From Cenarchaeum sp. (GTDB lineage: Archaea > Thermoproteota > Nitrososphaeria > Nitrososphaerales > Nitrosopumilaceae), in contig OY843768.1 in the NCBI GenBank assembly GCA_963693095.2, positions 544,001 through 608,000 on the forward strand: 64,000 nt of DNA, in the 5' to 3' direction. This document shows, one piece after another, positions 1-15,000 of this stretch (its first letter is position 1; each line of letters starts with the position of its first letter). The notes below the pieces were generated by a model that saw only the letters and a program-made list of their open reading frames with translations, made no database searches and was not told the origin of the DNA. The position numbers and the translations under genes were made by a program.

Positions 1-2
1 AG

Positions 3-3000
3 ATCGACGTGCCCAACGGCGTCACTGACAGGGCAGTGCCGCCAAACCCGATCACGCGTGACACAAAGGCCGGAGCCACGTACAACGCACTGCCACTCGG
101 GCCGTTCTCGGCATCCACGGAGAGCGTGACAGTCACGCACGTCATGCTGCGGACTGCGGCGAGCGGAACCCTTGACGTGCGCCACTGGACGATAACTGAT
201 GACGATGACGGCGATGCCTCGACGTCTGAGGCCCGCACGATATCGGGCATAGCACTTGGACTGGGCGATAACGCGCCGGTGGTCAGGAACGTCGATCTTG
301 CCACGACGCCCTTGGAGCTCGTCACGCTCGCTGGCCAGCAGACGCACGTGGTGGGAGATGTCACCGAGACGACGCTCGTCATCACGCACGCGGCCCTGGA
401 CTCGGCGGCATCGACGCCATCAGTGGCGTACACGCCGCCTGCGGATCCCGCAACCCCGTCCCTTGGTGGCGTGACCGCGCATGTGGCCGAGGCCGCCGAC
501 GGCATCGCGCCGTCGTTCACCGCGGTGACTGCGGGCCTGACCGAGACGAGCGTCACGTTCAGCGAGGCCGTGGCCCTCCCGACCTCTGGCCTGGCAGCCG
601 GCTGGGCAGTCGACGGCACCGCGGTGAGCCTGGCCGGCAGGCAGCCTGACGGGACCTTTACGCTCGTCCACGGGCCGCTGGCCTCCCCGGCGGCCACGCC
701 GACAGTCTCGTACACGGGAACGGCGAGCCCAGTCGCAGACCTTGCGGGCAACGCACTGGCCGCCGCGGGGACGACTGTGAGCGCAGTGGCCTCGGACAGG
801 ACGGGACCCTCGTTTGACGCGGCTGCACCGCCGCGATTCTCGGGCACCGACATTGTGATCACGTTTGATGAGGCGATAGTCGCGCTCGGCACGCCAACGC
901 CGCCAGTCGCGCTCACAAACGCGCTGACGGGCTCGACGGTCCAGGCGACTCCGGTCATCTCGGGCAGGGTTCTCACGCTCGATGCGGGCACGAGCCCCGA
1001 TGAGGGCACATGGGGAGTCCTCGTGCCACCGACAATAGTGGACGCCGTGGGCAACGCGCGCACCATGTCGGCCAGCACTGCGGGCGTGACGTACCCCGAG
1101 GACACGTCGGCCCCCACACTGGCGTCTGCCAGGCTCGCCACGCCAACGTCGATCATCGTGACGTTCAGCGAGGCCGTGACGTTGAGGACCGACCTGGCAG
1201 AGCCTGCCGCCTCGTCGTGGAGCCTTAGTGGCGGCGGGGATCTCACCGCGAGGAGCATTCGTGACGGCAAGGTCGAGATCGCAAGCGACTCGCTCCTCCC
1301 GTCGCTCACTGGAGTTCCGGCCGGCACGATGCTCACTATAAACAGCGCAGGATCGATATCAGACCTCGCGCTTCCGCCAAACGCGCCCCTCGCGCCGGCG
1401 TCGATCGCGCTGGTCGATGGTGCTGCGCCAATAGCCCTCACGGCGGCCTTTAGCGGGCCGACTGTGCTTGACGTGACGCTCAGCGAGCCGGTGAGGACTG
1501 CTGGCACGTGGAGCATCACCGCGCCAGAGGGCAACCTTGTGGTCACCTCGGCCGTGGAGGGCTCGACGCCTAGCGTCGTGCGCCTTACGGTGTCAGGCGT
1601 GACTGACGGCGCGACATACACCGTTGGGGTTCCCACCGAGCTCGCCGACAGGGCCTCGCCGCCCAACACGTACATTCGGGCCTCGTCGGTAACAGTGACA
1701 TATACGGACACGCCGGCACAGTTCACGGCGGCGACGTCTAGCGTGCGCACGACAGTCGTCACGTTTGAGTCGGCCCTCGGAGGCGCGATCAACGTCAATG
1801 GGTGGGCAGTCACCGATGATGACGACTCGGATCCGGCGACAGGGGAGAACCGCATGATATCGAGCATCGCGCTGGGAACTGCAGGCAACGCGCCGAGGGC
1901 AACGCAGTCTGGCGCGCACACGATAGGCGGCACGTCGACTGTGACGACCCTTGTCATCACGCACGCGCCGCTCTCCAAGACTGACTCGACTCCACAGATC
2001 TCCTATGACGGATCCACGGGAGCGCTCACGGCCGGCGGGACGGCAGTCGCGCGCAGTGCCGCCGAGGCGACTGACGGGGCGCGGCCAGTCATCGACGTGG
2101 TTCACATAACGGGCCTGACCTCGATGGTCGTGCAGTTTAGCGAGCCCATGGTGGGCTCGACGAGAGCTGGCTCGTGGATTGTCGGCGACGAGGAGGATCC
2201 GAGCGGTGATAGTCTTAAGGATGTCAGGGAATTCTTGCTGCCTGATAGCGACCCCGTGCTGAGGCTCTCTATACCACCGTCATCCCCGTTGAGTGAGATT
2301 GCCCTTGTAACCAAGCAGCTCTCCTCCACGCAGATCGGCTACTATGAGGGCAAGCGTGACGTAGACTATGGCGCCACCCTAGAGTACACGGGCACTGCGC
2401 TGACTGACGTGGCCGGCAATGCGCTGCGGGTGGGCGCAGAGGAGCTAAAGGTGCCACGTGAGCGCATGCTCGACAGGGCTGCGCCTGAGGCAAACACCGT
2501 CAATCTTGACGTGAGCAGGGCGCGCCTTGCGGACGCAGACCCGACAGTGGGTTATGGCACACTGCTGGTAAAGGCCGGAGACACTGTGCTGGTGCGGCCG
2601 GAGATACTGTCATACACGCCAAATGGCCCAGATGCTCCGAATTGCCGTCTACCAGAGCCACAGTGCGCTGATCAGCCATACGCCATGGAGTCTGCGACGG
2701 TCAAATACTTTGCTACTGACACATCACGTCCACTCTCTTATGATGCTGATAACGACAACTGGACACACACGCTGACTGTGACCACGGACGTGCCGGAGGG
2801 CCGGCTAGTGCCAGTGTTTACGACGATTGACACTCCGGTGGGCAACGAGGTAACGTTCACGCAAGGCACCGACTGCACCAGGGACCTAAACGCGCGAGCT
2901 GCAGCGTGCGTCGAGGGGCACCCCGATGATGAAATTACGGAGAGCCGCTTTGCCGCACTGTGGCCAATAGTGGACCACGACCCCCCAACAGTCGTCTCGG

Positions 3001-6000
3001 CCACAATGACGTCGACGACTACGACAGTGGTGACATTCAGCGAGATAGTGAGGTTTAACGGCGGGACCGCCGCCGAGCGCGCAGGCCACTGGGCCATAAA
3101 GAATGCCGGTGCGCAGGCGGCGACAGGCTCTGTCTCCATATCGGGCAAAGTGATGACAATGTCGCACGCGCCGCTCCCGACTGGCGCAACGCCGACACTA
3201 GAGTACGCCCTGGGCACCTCTGCGGCCGGACGCGTGGTTGACAGGATCGCCCGCGAGCTTGCGGCAATCACGCCGCAGAGCCCCGTCATGGTCGCCGACA
3301 GCGTGCCGCCGACGCTCGTGTCCGTGCTTCAGCAGTTGCCGACGCGAACGATACACGCCACGTTCAGCGAGGCACTTGACGCCTCCACTGTCTCTGGCAC
3401 GACAGTCTACCTAGAGGCCGGTGACACGACGTCTACTGGCAGGACGACGCCCGTGGCCGGCGTCACCGTGGCCCCAGTCACCGGCTCGCCAGAGACAGTC
3501 GCACTCACGCTTCCGCTCGCCGCAGCTGACGCACAGTACACGCTCAGGGCCACTACGGATATTGGTGATGCCTCACCGGCATCCAACAGCCCCGCGGCTG
3601 ACCTCGTGGACACCGTGACAGTCGACACGATGGTTCCGCTCGCGACGGCGATCTCGTACACTGTCCTCGAGGCCGACTCGCAGGGGGCGCTCTCGGCGCG
3701 CGCAGCGCCGTACTCCAACCATGCGCGCGCCGGTGACACGATACGCCTCACAGTCACGCTCAACCAGGATGCTGTAGAGCCGCCGACGATCCTCCTCGAC
3801 GGCAAGACCGACGATCCTGGCACCACGGCCGATGACGCCAACACCGTGACAATGACGCGCGCAACAGCCGGAGACGAGACGCGCTGGACCGTCGACTATG
3901 TCGTGCTAGCCGGAGCCGGCGAGCCTGCCGACGGCCCGTTTGAGTTTATGATGAGCGTGTCAGACGGGGCAATGCCCACGCCAAACATGACAGTCGTGAC
4001 GGGCTCTGCGGGCCATGTGCCCTCATACGCCGCACCGTCACGGCCCATAATTGACAGGGCAGCGCCGACCCTCGTGTCCGCAAAGTCGACTACGACGTCT
4101 GATGTCGTGCTCACGTTCAACGAGGCGCTCACCGGAACGGTGAGCAGGGCCGACTTGAGCCTCTCTGGGGCAACGTCAGGCAACCCGGCAAAGATCATCA
4201 CGTCGTCAGGGGCAGAGGCTGACTCGTACACGCTCTCCGGGCTCCCGCTGTCATTCACGCTGCGCCACGACGAGCTTGGGCACACGGGAGGCGGGGTTCG
4301 TGTCGCCTATACGGCGTCGGCCACGCGCCTGTTTGACGTTGCGGGCAATGAGCTGGCGACGTTTAGCGCAACGCCTGCAGCCGACGAGGTGAGGCCGACT
4401 GTGCGCAACGCATCATTTGAGATCGGCGGCGGCGCAATACTCGCCACGTTCAGCGAGGCGATGGGGACACCGGCGGCCGGCTGGGTCGCGATAGACGCCG
4501 CACTCGGCACGCTCGGTGACATTACGCTTGATGATACGCGCACGAGGCTTCGCGCCGAGGTCGGCACGGCGGCGATGGCCAACACGAGATACGTCATCGC
4601 GATCACGACGTCTGCTGCAGATGACGCCGCTGTCCCCAACACCCTGGCAACAAGGGCGGTCTACTTTTTGGACGGCCCGCCTGTCAGCCTGGGCGTCACG
4701 TCGATGGACGTCAGGGTCCTGCGCGAGGCCTCGCCAAATGACGGCGTGGAGAACCTCGTGGCGCGCACGGGCGCGCACGCGCAGCACGCGATGGCCGGTG
4801 ACACAATAGAGATCAGCGTCGTGCTCGACACTGCGGCGCAGGCCGGAGACGACCATGCCCCGAGGGCATCGTTCCTTGGAGGCGTTGCCGTCGGCATGGA
4901 GGAGGTCACGTCAGGCAGCCCCGCGCCTGCGGCGCGCACGGCATGGACCGCCCGGCACACGGTAGCTGCGGCTGATGCCGAGGGGCCGGCGGCCTTTGAG
5001 GTGTCAGCGGTGCGCACTAGGTCCGTGACAAACCCGATTAGCGGCGATGCCGAGGATGTCATGACGACGGGCATTGCCACGCAGGAGGCCATCACGGGCG
5101 CGGCGGGCAACGCCATCATTGACACGACGGCTCCGGCCGTCGCCGGCGCGCGCTTTGCCGGCACGTCGGCGATACTCGTCGAGTTTGGCGAGCCGATCAC
5201 AGCAGCGCCGGCGACGGTTCGCGTGAGCTCGCCGGACGGCGATGACGCAGGCGATGACGCAGACGTCGCCGACGCGGCAGTCACGCACGTGCCGCCCTCG
5301 CGCTCCATCTCGCTGGCAGTCACGCAGGCCTCTGATGGCGACACCTACTCGGCCATGCTGCCGGCCACAATCCTCGACAGGGCCGGCAACGCGCTAGTCG
5401 CCGTCTCGCGCGACGTGACGTTTAGTGACGGCCCCTATGTGACTGGAGCGAGGACGCTGGACGCGACTAGGACGCTCGTCACGTTTAGCGAGGCAGTTGG
5501 CGGCACGGCCGTGCGCCTCGAGTGGACGCTCACTGAGGGCTCGACTAGGGTTGCGGTGGACGGCATCGCCGCCGGCGAGGCCGCATCGGTGGCGACTGCG
5601 ACGACGACGCAGATCACCGGCTCCCCGACGAGCATCACGCTACTTCATGACGCGCTCTCCTCGACGGCCGCAACGCCGACTGTAGAGTTTGTGCGCTCTG
5701 GCGGCGCCTCGATGACAGACGCCGCCGGCGCTGACCCGCTGCTCGGGACGTCTGCCCCGCTGCCCGTGGCAGTGGATGGCGCACCGCCGGCGATCCTGTC
5801 CGCCACGTTTGCCGACGTCAGCACGCTTGACATCTCGTTTAGCGAGCCCATAGACCGCACGCTCACGACGCCGTCGGAATGGACCGCTGACAACGGCCTC
5901 ACAGTTGACAGCGTAATGGACGGCATGGACTCGGCACGAGTTCGCCTTGAGGTCTCCCCTCCGGCAGCCTCGCTTGTGCCATACACGATCGGCCTGCCAG

Positions 6001-9000
6001 ACGAGCTGCGAGACCTGGCCATTGCGCCAAACTCTGTCGTTGAGGGCACCACTGCGACTGTGACGTACTCGGGCACCGCGCCGTTTGGGGCCACAACATC
6101 GGACACGACGACGACGCTAGTGACGTTTGCCTCGGCGCCGTCAGGCACCATAGACGTCGATGACTGGAAGGTCATCGATGATGACGGGACTGACAGGGTG
6201 ATATCCCGCATCGCGCTAGGAACCGCTGATGGCGCGCCGGCCGCAACCGGCGGGGACAGCGCGCAGGCCCACACGATCGCGCAGGGCTCAACAGCACTAG
6301 TGCTTGCCGTGTCGCACGAGTCCATACTGCCGTCCTCGACGCCCATAGTCGTGTATGTCGCGCCGGGCTCGGGAGGGCTGTCCGTGGGCACCACGCCGGT
6401 TGCCTCCGGGGGAGTCGAGGCGACTGACGGGATTGTGCCGGTGGCCGGCGCGACGTTTGGGATTCCGCCCACGATCAGGGTCGCCTTTAGCGAGATCCTC
6501 TCGGGGACGCCCTTGGAGATCGAGGGGTACGCGTACACCGTCACTGTTCCCGACGGCGCCACGGGCATCGTCGATGGCGACAGCCTGCCTGACGCCGTGG
6601 CCCTAAAGCAGGGCGCAGGAGCCGTCTCGTATGATGCTGACACGATGGTTCTCACCATAACGCTTGCGAGCACCGCGACAGTTGGCGTGGACTATACGGT
6701 GCGCCTGCCTGACGTCACGGGCCTGCGCGACATGGCCGGCAACGCGCTGGCCTCGCGCGAGCTCGAAGTCGCATACGTGATCACGCGCGCAATAGTGGGC
6801 GGGGCAATAGACAACGTCACGTACGACGGCACCGCCGCCGCGTCGCTGACGGTCCAGAGCCTCTCGGGCTCGGGCCTCACGCCCGCCGAGTTCGCCGCGC
6901 TCACCACCGCCGCGCGCGAGCGCCTCGCCTCAGGCGAGTCGCAGATATCTCGGGCCACGTTCGGCCTGCCCTTTGGCCTCGAGCGGCCCGCGGCCTCGTC
7001 AGTCGACGTCACCGAGTGGTCCGTCATCGAGGGCGCCGAGGGCGACGTGGACTCGTCGTGCGCCAGGGTCGCCGGCGCCGGCACCGAGCGCGACGTCCTC
7101 TCCGTCGTCGCCGTGCGCGACGACACGATCATCTTTGAGCACGGGGCGCTCTCGCAGACCTCCTCGCGCGCGCACGCAATCTACTCCCCCGACGCGGCCC
7201 CGTCGGTGCGCGCGCTGGCCAGCTGCGCGTACATGGCCGACGCCAACTCGCTCGTGCGCCTTGAGGTCCGGACCGCCTCGGCGACGCCGCTGGGCTACCC
7301 CGTCGACCGCCTCGTCGCCGAGTTCAGCGAGCCCGTGCTGGCGCCCGACGGGTTCAACCTGGGGCTGGGGATCAGGCACGCGCCGATCGCCGGGGTGCTT
7401 GGCATTCTCGACGTCGACAGGATGACGAATCTGTCGACGACCGTGCCGGTGGCCACCGTGCTCATCACGCCGGCCGAGTATGCGTTCAGGCTGGCGCCGC
7501 ACCCGCCGACGGGGACTGCGGCCACGTGGGACACGTACCAGTACGAGCTGTTCTCCCAGACGTCGTTCCGCGCCCCCACCAGGGCCGACGGGACGTCGGT
7601 GCTGGCCGGCCCGACCGCCCCCCAAGGCGGCGTGCTCGACGGCCTGCCGCCGGCCCCCGTCGGGGCGCACGCGGTGTCGGGCAGCACGGCCACAGTCACG
7701 TTCAGCGAGGCGCCCGCCGCGTCGTCCTTTGACGGCGCCGGCGATGACGACGCCGCCGTCACCGTGCTCGACTCGGCGAGGAACGCGCGCGAGGTCACCG
7801 GCACGTCCCTCTCCGGCAGCGTGCTGACGATAACGACGTCGACGCCGCCGCAGGCGACTGACACCATAGAGGTCGTCGGCGTGGCCGACGGGGCCGGCAA
7901 CGTGGCCTCCAGGCCGGAGATACTGGCGACCACAAGGGCAAGCGCGACGGTGACGGTAGTCACGCTCAGCGAGCGCGTCTCGGGCAGCACGGCGGCGCTC
8001 CAGTGGCTGGTGGGCACCGGCGCCGACCGCGCCCGCGCGACGGGAGTGGCCGCCGGCGAGGCCGCGTCAGTCACGGCCGACGCGGCGCAGGACGGCGGCA
8101 CGGCAGTGCCGGTAACGTTTGAGGACACGCTGACCCTGCTCCACGCCGCGCACGCCGGCCCCGGCGCGCCAGAAGTCGAGTACGTCAGGTTCGACGACGA
8201 GCGCCTGCGCTCCAGCGGCGTGGCCCTCGGCGAGCCGTTCCCGCCAGTGCCTGTGGTGACCGGCGCACAGACTGTGAGCCTGGAGACGACAGTCGTCACG
8301 CTCAACACCGAGGTCACCGGCTCGACGTCTGCGCGCCAGTGGACCATCACGGACAGCGCATCTGGCGCGACGTCCGCGCGCGCGCTGGGGGTGGCCCCCG
8401 GTGACGTCACCGACGGCGCGACTGCGCCCACTGCTGACACCGCACTGGACGGCTCGACGCCAGTGTCCGTATCGTCCTCCACAATCACGCTCCTCCACGC
8501 GCCGCTCTCCTCGGCGGCCTCGACTCCGGTCGTGTCGTATGCGCATACCGGCACCGAGCGCCTCTCGACCCTTGGAGGAACGCTGGCCGCCACGGCATCC
8601 CCGCACGTGACGGCAACAGACGGGATCGCGCCTGCATCACTGGCGTCATTTGAGGGCTACAGGACGATTCGCGTGGCGTTTGGGGAGGCACTCTCGGCGA
8701 CACCCTCGGAGATCGCGGGGTACGCGTACACCGTCACGGTTCCAGACGGCGCCACGGGTATAGTCGATGGGGATGACCTGCCCGATGAGGTGGCCGTTCT
8801 GGCCGCCTCGACGTCGTATGACGCCGCGACGTTCACGCTCTCCCTGGTGCTCGCAGGCTTTGCGACTGACGGCGTCACGTACACGGTGGGCCTGCCCGAC
8901 GAGGCGGGGCTCAACGACATGGGAGGCAACGCGCCGGCAACTGGCGGCCTGGGGGCCGAGTACGACGCGCCGCCGCCAGACACAGTCGCGCCGACGATCG

Positions 9001-12000
9001 TCTCGGCGACGCTCACCTCTGCGTCGGGCATAAGGGTGGTCCTAAGCGAGGCCACAATCGGAAGCGTCGTGCCCTCCGAGTGGGACGCCGGCGAGGGCAC
9101 GACTATCGCCTCTGGGACCCTCTCAGGGAGCACGCTGACACTTGTCATCGATCCGCCCCGCCGGTCAACCGGAGTTGAGGCCGGCGTGGTGCTAGCCTAC
9201 GCCGGCTCGTCGATCATTGACCTCTCGCCGGAGGCCAACGCGCTAGTCGACGGCTCCAGTCCGCTAGTCGACGGCGCGCCGCCCATGGCCACGGCGATTG
9301 CCGTGAGCCTTCCGGGCCACTCGCCCTCGACGCACACGTCTGCTGCGCTTGTCAGGTTTAGCGAGCCGGTCTCAGAAAAGTCAGGCTCAGACAAGCCAGA
9401 CTCAGACAAACCAGACTCAGACAAGCCCGGCTCAGGCGAGTCAGCCCCCCTTACCTCGGAGATTAACCCCGGCACGCCCAACAGCGCAACACCCCGGCAC
9501 GTGGCCCCCTCGTTCATTGACAGGGGTTTGCCCTCAGTCAGCACCCTGCTTGCTGCTGACGACAAGATTACCACTGTTGAGCTGTCTGACACGGTGAGCG
9601 CGGCAATCGTGTTCCCCCCAAACCTTGGCACCAATGCGATCAACCTCGCGGGAGGAACGTCGATGTCCATTGGCGGCCCTGCGGATAGCGCGGGCAATGT
9701 GCTGCCAACGACGACTATTGTGGTGGGAGCCCAAGAGCTTGCGCCGCCGACATTCTCGGCCACTGCCACGGGACTCACGACAACCGTTGTCACGTTTAGC
9801 GATCGCATTGCGGGAACGACGCTGAACACGGACTGGCGCGTCGCCGGCTCTGTGGCCTCCTCTGTGTCGCCCGCGCTGAGCTATGGGCCGTCCACAAGCT
9901 CGCTCATACGACCAGTGTGGACCACCGAGCTGACGCTCACGCACGCGCCCCTCACGTCACCCTACACGCCAACGGTATCGTACACGCAGCCGTCCGGCCA
10001 GCGCGCCGTGCTGCTCTATGACGACCATCGAAACGCGATAGCGTCCGCGTCGACTGTGGCAACCAACGCCGTGAGGATTCCACTGGAGGCAACGGTTCGC
10101 ACAGTCGACGCGACGACTACGCAATTGACGTTTGCCTTGGCGCTGGCCGGCACGATCGACGTGCGCAACTGGGCGGTCCTGGATGATGACGACCTGGATC
10201 CGGCGACATCTGAGGCACGAGTCGTGTCAGGCATTGCGCTCGGCACAGCCGACGGAGCGCCTGCGGCCACGATTGGGCAGCCACACACGATCGCCGCAGG
10301 CTCAACCGAGACTGTGCTCCTGATCACGCACGACGACCTCTCTTCGACCTCCTCGACTCCGACTGTGACATACACGGCTCTGGACTCTGGCGGGCTGCGC
10401 TTTGGCACGCTGCCCATACTCACAGGAACGCTAGAGGCCGCCGACGGCGCGCCGCCGGAGGTGGTGTCGGCCTCGTTCACCTCCGGCGAGAGCATGGCCG
10501 TCACGTTCTCCGAGGACGTGACCGAGGTGACCACGGTGGACACGGGAGACGGCTGGACCGTCACCGGCACTGCCAACCTCTTCGTTACGGAGGCCGAGCG
10601 CACGGGGCCGGCCACGTACACGCTCACGCTACTCGCCGGTGCGGTGAGCGGCAGGACGTACACGGTTAATGCGGCCAACGGGATCAATGACCTCGCAGAC
10701 CCCGCAAACACGATAGGCGATGCGGCTAGCGCGACGGCGACATACATGACGCCATTCTCTGCGGCAACGCAGACGCTGACTACGACAGTCGTGACGTTCC
10801 AGAGCGCTCCGAGCGGAAGGCTCAACCTGCTCCAGTGGACGGTGACTGACGATGACGACGGTGATACAGGGACATCCGAGGCGAGGGCGATATCATCGCT
10901 CGTGCTAGGCTCCGTGTCAGTGGATGCGTCACTGCAGACATCCGCCCCAATAGGGACATCGAGCACGGCAGCAGAGATGACGATCACGCACGCGGCGCTC
11001 TCCTCGACGGGATCTACGCCCACTGTCACGCACAATATTGACAGGATGGCCTTCGAGCAGGGTGGACCGGGCAACCCCACCGGACTCTCTGTCCCATACC
11101 ATGTCGCCGAGGCCGCCGACAGGGTGCTGCCGACGTTCGAGGCCGAGCTGACCTCGGCGAGCACCGTGAGGATCCTCCTTGCCGAGGCCGTCACCGGCGC
11201 GACGGCGCCGGCCGAGTGGGCAGTGGGCGGCTCGTCAGTCGCGTCGCTCTCGCTTGCGGCCGACGGGGATCCAGAGACCGGCAGCCTGGCGATCAGCACG
11301 GCCACAGACGAGCTGTTCATCACGCTAGAATCCGCGCGCGCAAGCACCGCCCTCGGCGGCCTGACGGCCCCTGGCGTCACGTACACGCGCCCGTCCACGG
11401 GCACCAACACGATCGAGGACGCCGCGCGCAACGCCCTCGGCACGGCCGGCACCGCCGTGGCGGCCACGGCCCTGGAGGACAAGGCGCCGCCGACGTTCAC
11501 GGTCAAGGGGTCGAACAGCGACAACTTTGACTTCACCCACACCGTGACCTTCTCCGAGCCGGTCATGCTTGCCGCCGGCAAGGATGAGCCGACACATGAC
11601 GACTGGACGTTCACCGGCTCCGGCCGCTCCTCAGATCGCAGGATTCGTGGGGGCACGTTTGCGATCACGCCTGGGGCGTACTCGGCCCCTGACCTCGACG
11701 CCAATTCGCCCGCCAGCGGCTATACCCTCAGCCTGGACGAGGACAAGGCAACGATGGTGCCAGAACGCGGATTCTACGGCCGGCGCAGCATCTCATTCGA
11801 TCGTATTATCGGCACGATCACGCTCACGTTTAGCGCAACCCACGCCGACAGGATGGGCTCGATAGTCGATGCGAACAACAACGCGCTGGCCGACGGGACC
11901 TCGGTAGCGACGGAGCAGGACACGACGGCGCCGGACTTTACTGCCGTCACGGCCTCCCTGACGAGCACGAGGGTGCTGTTCACCGAGGCAGTCACGGGCA

Positions 12001-15000
12001 CGGCGCGCGCGACTGACTGGTCGATCTCTGACGGGGGCTCGACGATAGCCATCACGGGAATTCAGGGCCTAACGCCCGGCGGCGTTCCCACCTCGGTGAC
12101 CGAGCTCCTGAATCCTGGTAGCATTTTGTTCCTCCACAATACGCTCGACTCGACGGGCTCGATGCCGACAGTCTCGTACACGCGGCCGTCAGTGCCGGGG
12201 GCCGGTGAGCTGAAAGACCGCGCGGACAACTACATGGGCACCGCCGGCACGGCGCTGCAGCGTGTTGCGGCAGACGGGATCACGCCGGTTGCGAACGCGG
12301 GCCGCTTTACGGAGGCCAACATTGTCGAGGTTGACTTTAGCGAGGCCATGGCGGTGCCGACCACGCCAACGCTGACGGCCACGCTCGAGGGCACGGGAAC
12401 CGCCATAATGGACGACGGCAGCCCGACGCTCTCCACACCGACTGGCGGCGTGGCCGACTCGCGCCTGACGTTCACGCTGGTATCCAACGCCGCGCCGGGC
12501 GCCCACACGCTGGACCTGTCGACTGCCATAAAGGACGCCAATGGCGTGAGGGTGGCCGGCACCGCCGAGCTGTCCGGCGTGCGCTACGAGAATGTGGGAC
12601 CGACGCTGGTCCGCGCGCAGTTTGCCGCCGACTCCCAGAGCGCGACCCTGCTCTTCAACGAGGCGATAAGGTCGCCTCTGCCGGCGGGCCTGACGTTCAC
12701 GCCGGACGCCACGCCGGCCATCACTGTCGGCACGCCGTCACTCGACGATCGCACGATAACGATTCCGGTGACGTCTGACATCACGGGCGCCGATGACGAG
12801 ACGGTCTACGTGCTGAGGGTCGGCGGCACGGGCGCAATAGAGGACCTCCTCGGCAACGACTATGACGCCTCGTCCCCCGTGCGCATAACGTACGACTCGA
12901 CGGCCCCGACGTTCACCGCCGAGATCACCGGCCCGAGGACCATAGTCCTGACGTTCACCGACATCCTCGCGCCCGAGACAGTCACGTCCCCCAACTTTTC
13001 GGTGAGGTCGACTGACGGCCCTGTCCAGCTGGGCGGCACAAGCCGTGTCGACTATACCGCAGGCGAAAGGACAGTCACGCTCAACCTCCAAGGAGACGCG
13101 TCGGCGGCGGTCCACACGGTCACGCCGACGGCAGGGCTGGCCAACGCCGCATACCTGCCGTACGCCGCCGGCGGCGTCGTGGCCACGCGTGCTGACGCGC
13201 CGACGGCGACTGGCGTGGCCTATGCGGTCCTCGAGGGGACAACGGGCACAGCGAGGGCGTCCCCGTACGAGTCGCACGCGCGCGCCGGCGACACGATCCG
13301 GCTGTCGATCACGCTTGGCGGCGAGGCGCGCTCGGCGAGCGTGCTCTTTGTGGGCAAGACGGACCCTGCTGACGCCGTCGCGATGACCCGCGTTGGTTCG
13401 ACAAACGAGTGGCGCGCGCCGTATGTCGTAGAGACGACAGGAGACATAGACGGCGCGTTCACGTTTGACGCGACGGTCACGGCAGCCTCGGGCGCGACGA
13501 GCACGCTGGACGAGGCGACGTTCGCCACGCCTGCGCCGCCGACGATCGACCGCGTCGCTCCGGTGGCTACCGTGACGACGAGCGTGCGGCTCAAGGACGC
13601 GAGTGCTGATTCGGCATCGGGCACCGCGGCTAGCATCGGCGACGAGGTCCGCGTCAACGTAGCGGCCAACGAGCCGCTCATCACGTCCAACGGCGACATT
13701 GCGCTCTTTGGCCGCACCGGCGGGAGCGTCGTGGACGCCGACTCGGTTGACGTCGGCACGTCCAACGCGTACTCGTACGTGCGCACGATAGTCGACTCGG
13801 ACGCCAGCGGCCCGCTCGCCTTCAGCCTGATGATACGTGACAGGGCCGGCAACACCTCGGCGCTCACGCAGGCCAACGTGGCCTCGAACGTGGAGGTCGA
13901 CGTCGACGCGCCAGAGCTCTCCTCGGCGGCCACGACGTCGACCACGATGCTCACAGTCACGCTGTCAGAGGCCGTCACGGGAACGAGCGTCGACGGCGAC
14001 TGGGCAGTCGCCGGCGCCACCAACGTCGCAGTTAGCCCCTTCTCGGGCAGCACGACGACGATCACGCTCACGTACACGGATACCGAGGACACGTCATTCG
14101 CGCCGACAGTCACGTACTCGGGCACGGCCCTGGCCGACTCGGCCCGCAACGCGCTGGGCACAGGACAGGTGACGGCGGCCGACGGCGTGGCGCCGGCGGT
14201 AACCAGGGTCGAATTTGCGGCCGACGGCAACGGCGTGACGCTGACCTTTGGCGAGGCGCTCGGCGCGCTGCCCTCCGGGGTCACATTTGCGCTGACAAGC
14301 GCGGACGCGCAGGATCCCACTGCCGGCACGGCGAGCTCCTCGGGCAGCGCAGTAACGATCCCGCTGGCGCCCGGCGTCTCGGGCGCGGCTGACGGGACGG
14401 TGTACACGCTGACGGTCGGCGGCGCGGGCGCCATAGAGGACGCAAACGGCAACGCGTACGTCCCGGACCCCGCCAACGACCCCATCGAGGTGACATACGA
14501 CACGACTGCGCCGACGTTCAGCGCCGAGTTCACCGGCGCGCGCACGATTGTCCTCACGTTTGATGACGTCCTCGCCGCGGCGACAGTCGTTGCGGCCAAC
14601 TTTGGCGTGACGGTGCCCAACGCGGTTTCCGGCGGCGTCCCCGTCAGCGTCGCGCTGGACTCCACAAACCCCGTCGCCCACACGCCCGGCTCGAAGACAG
14701 TCACGCTCACGCTCGCAGGGGACGCTACGCGGGACGTGGTCCACACCATCACGCCGACGACCTCGCTGACCAACGCGGCGCACGTGGCGTACGGCACCGC
14801 CGGCGTCACGGCCGCGTTCGAGCCGAGTATGATCACGGCCTCGGCTGTGGGCCTGACGACGACGCTCGTGACGTTCAGCGTCAGCGCGCAGGGCGATGCG
14901 CTCTCGGGCACGCTCGACGTCGATAACTGGACGGTCACCGAGAACGACGCGGCCGACGCCGCGGCCAACGTGGCGCTCAGGACACTGAGCGTGGCCACGG

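Noticed and set aside
9-11. GTG start given by the ORF track
   Set aside because: The frame is open upstream, the context is the end of a repeat module, and there is no signal peptide.
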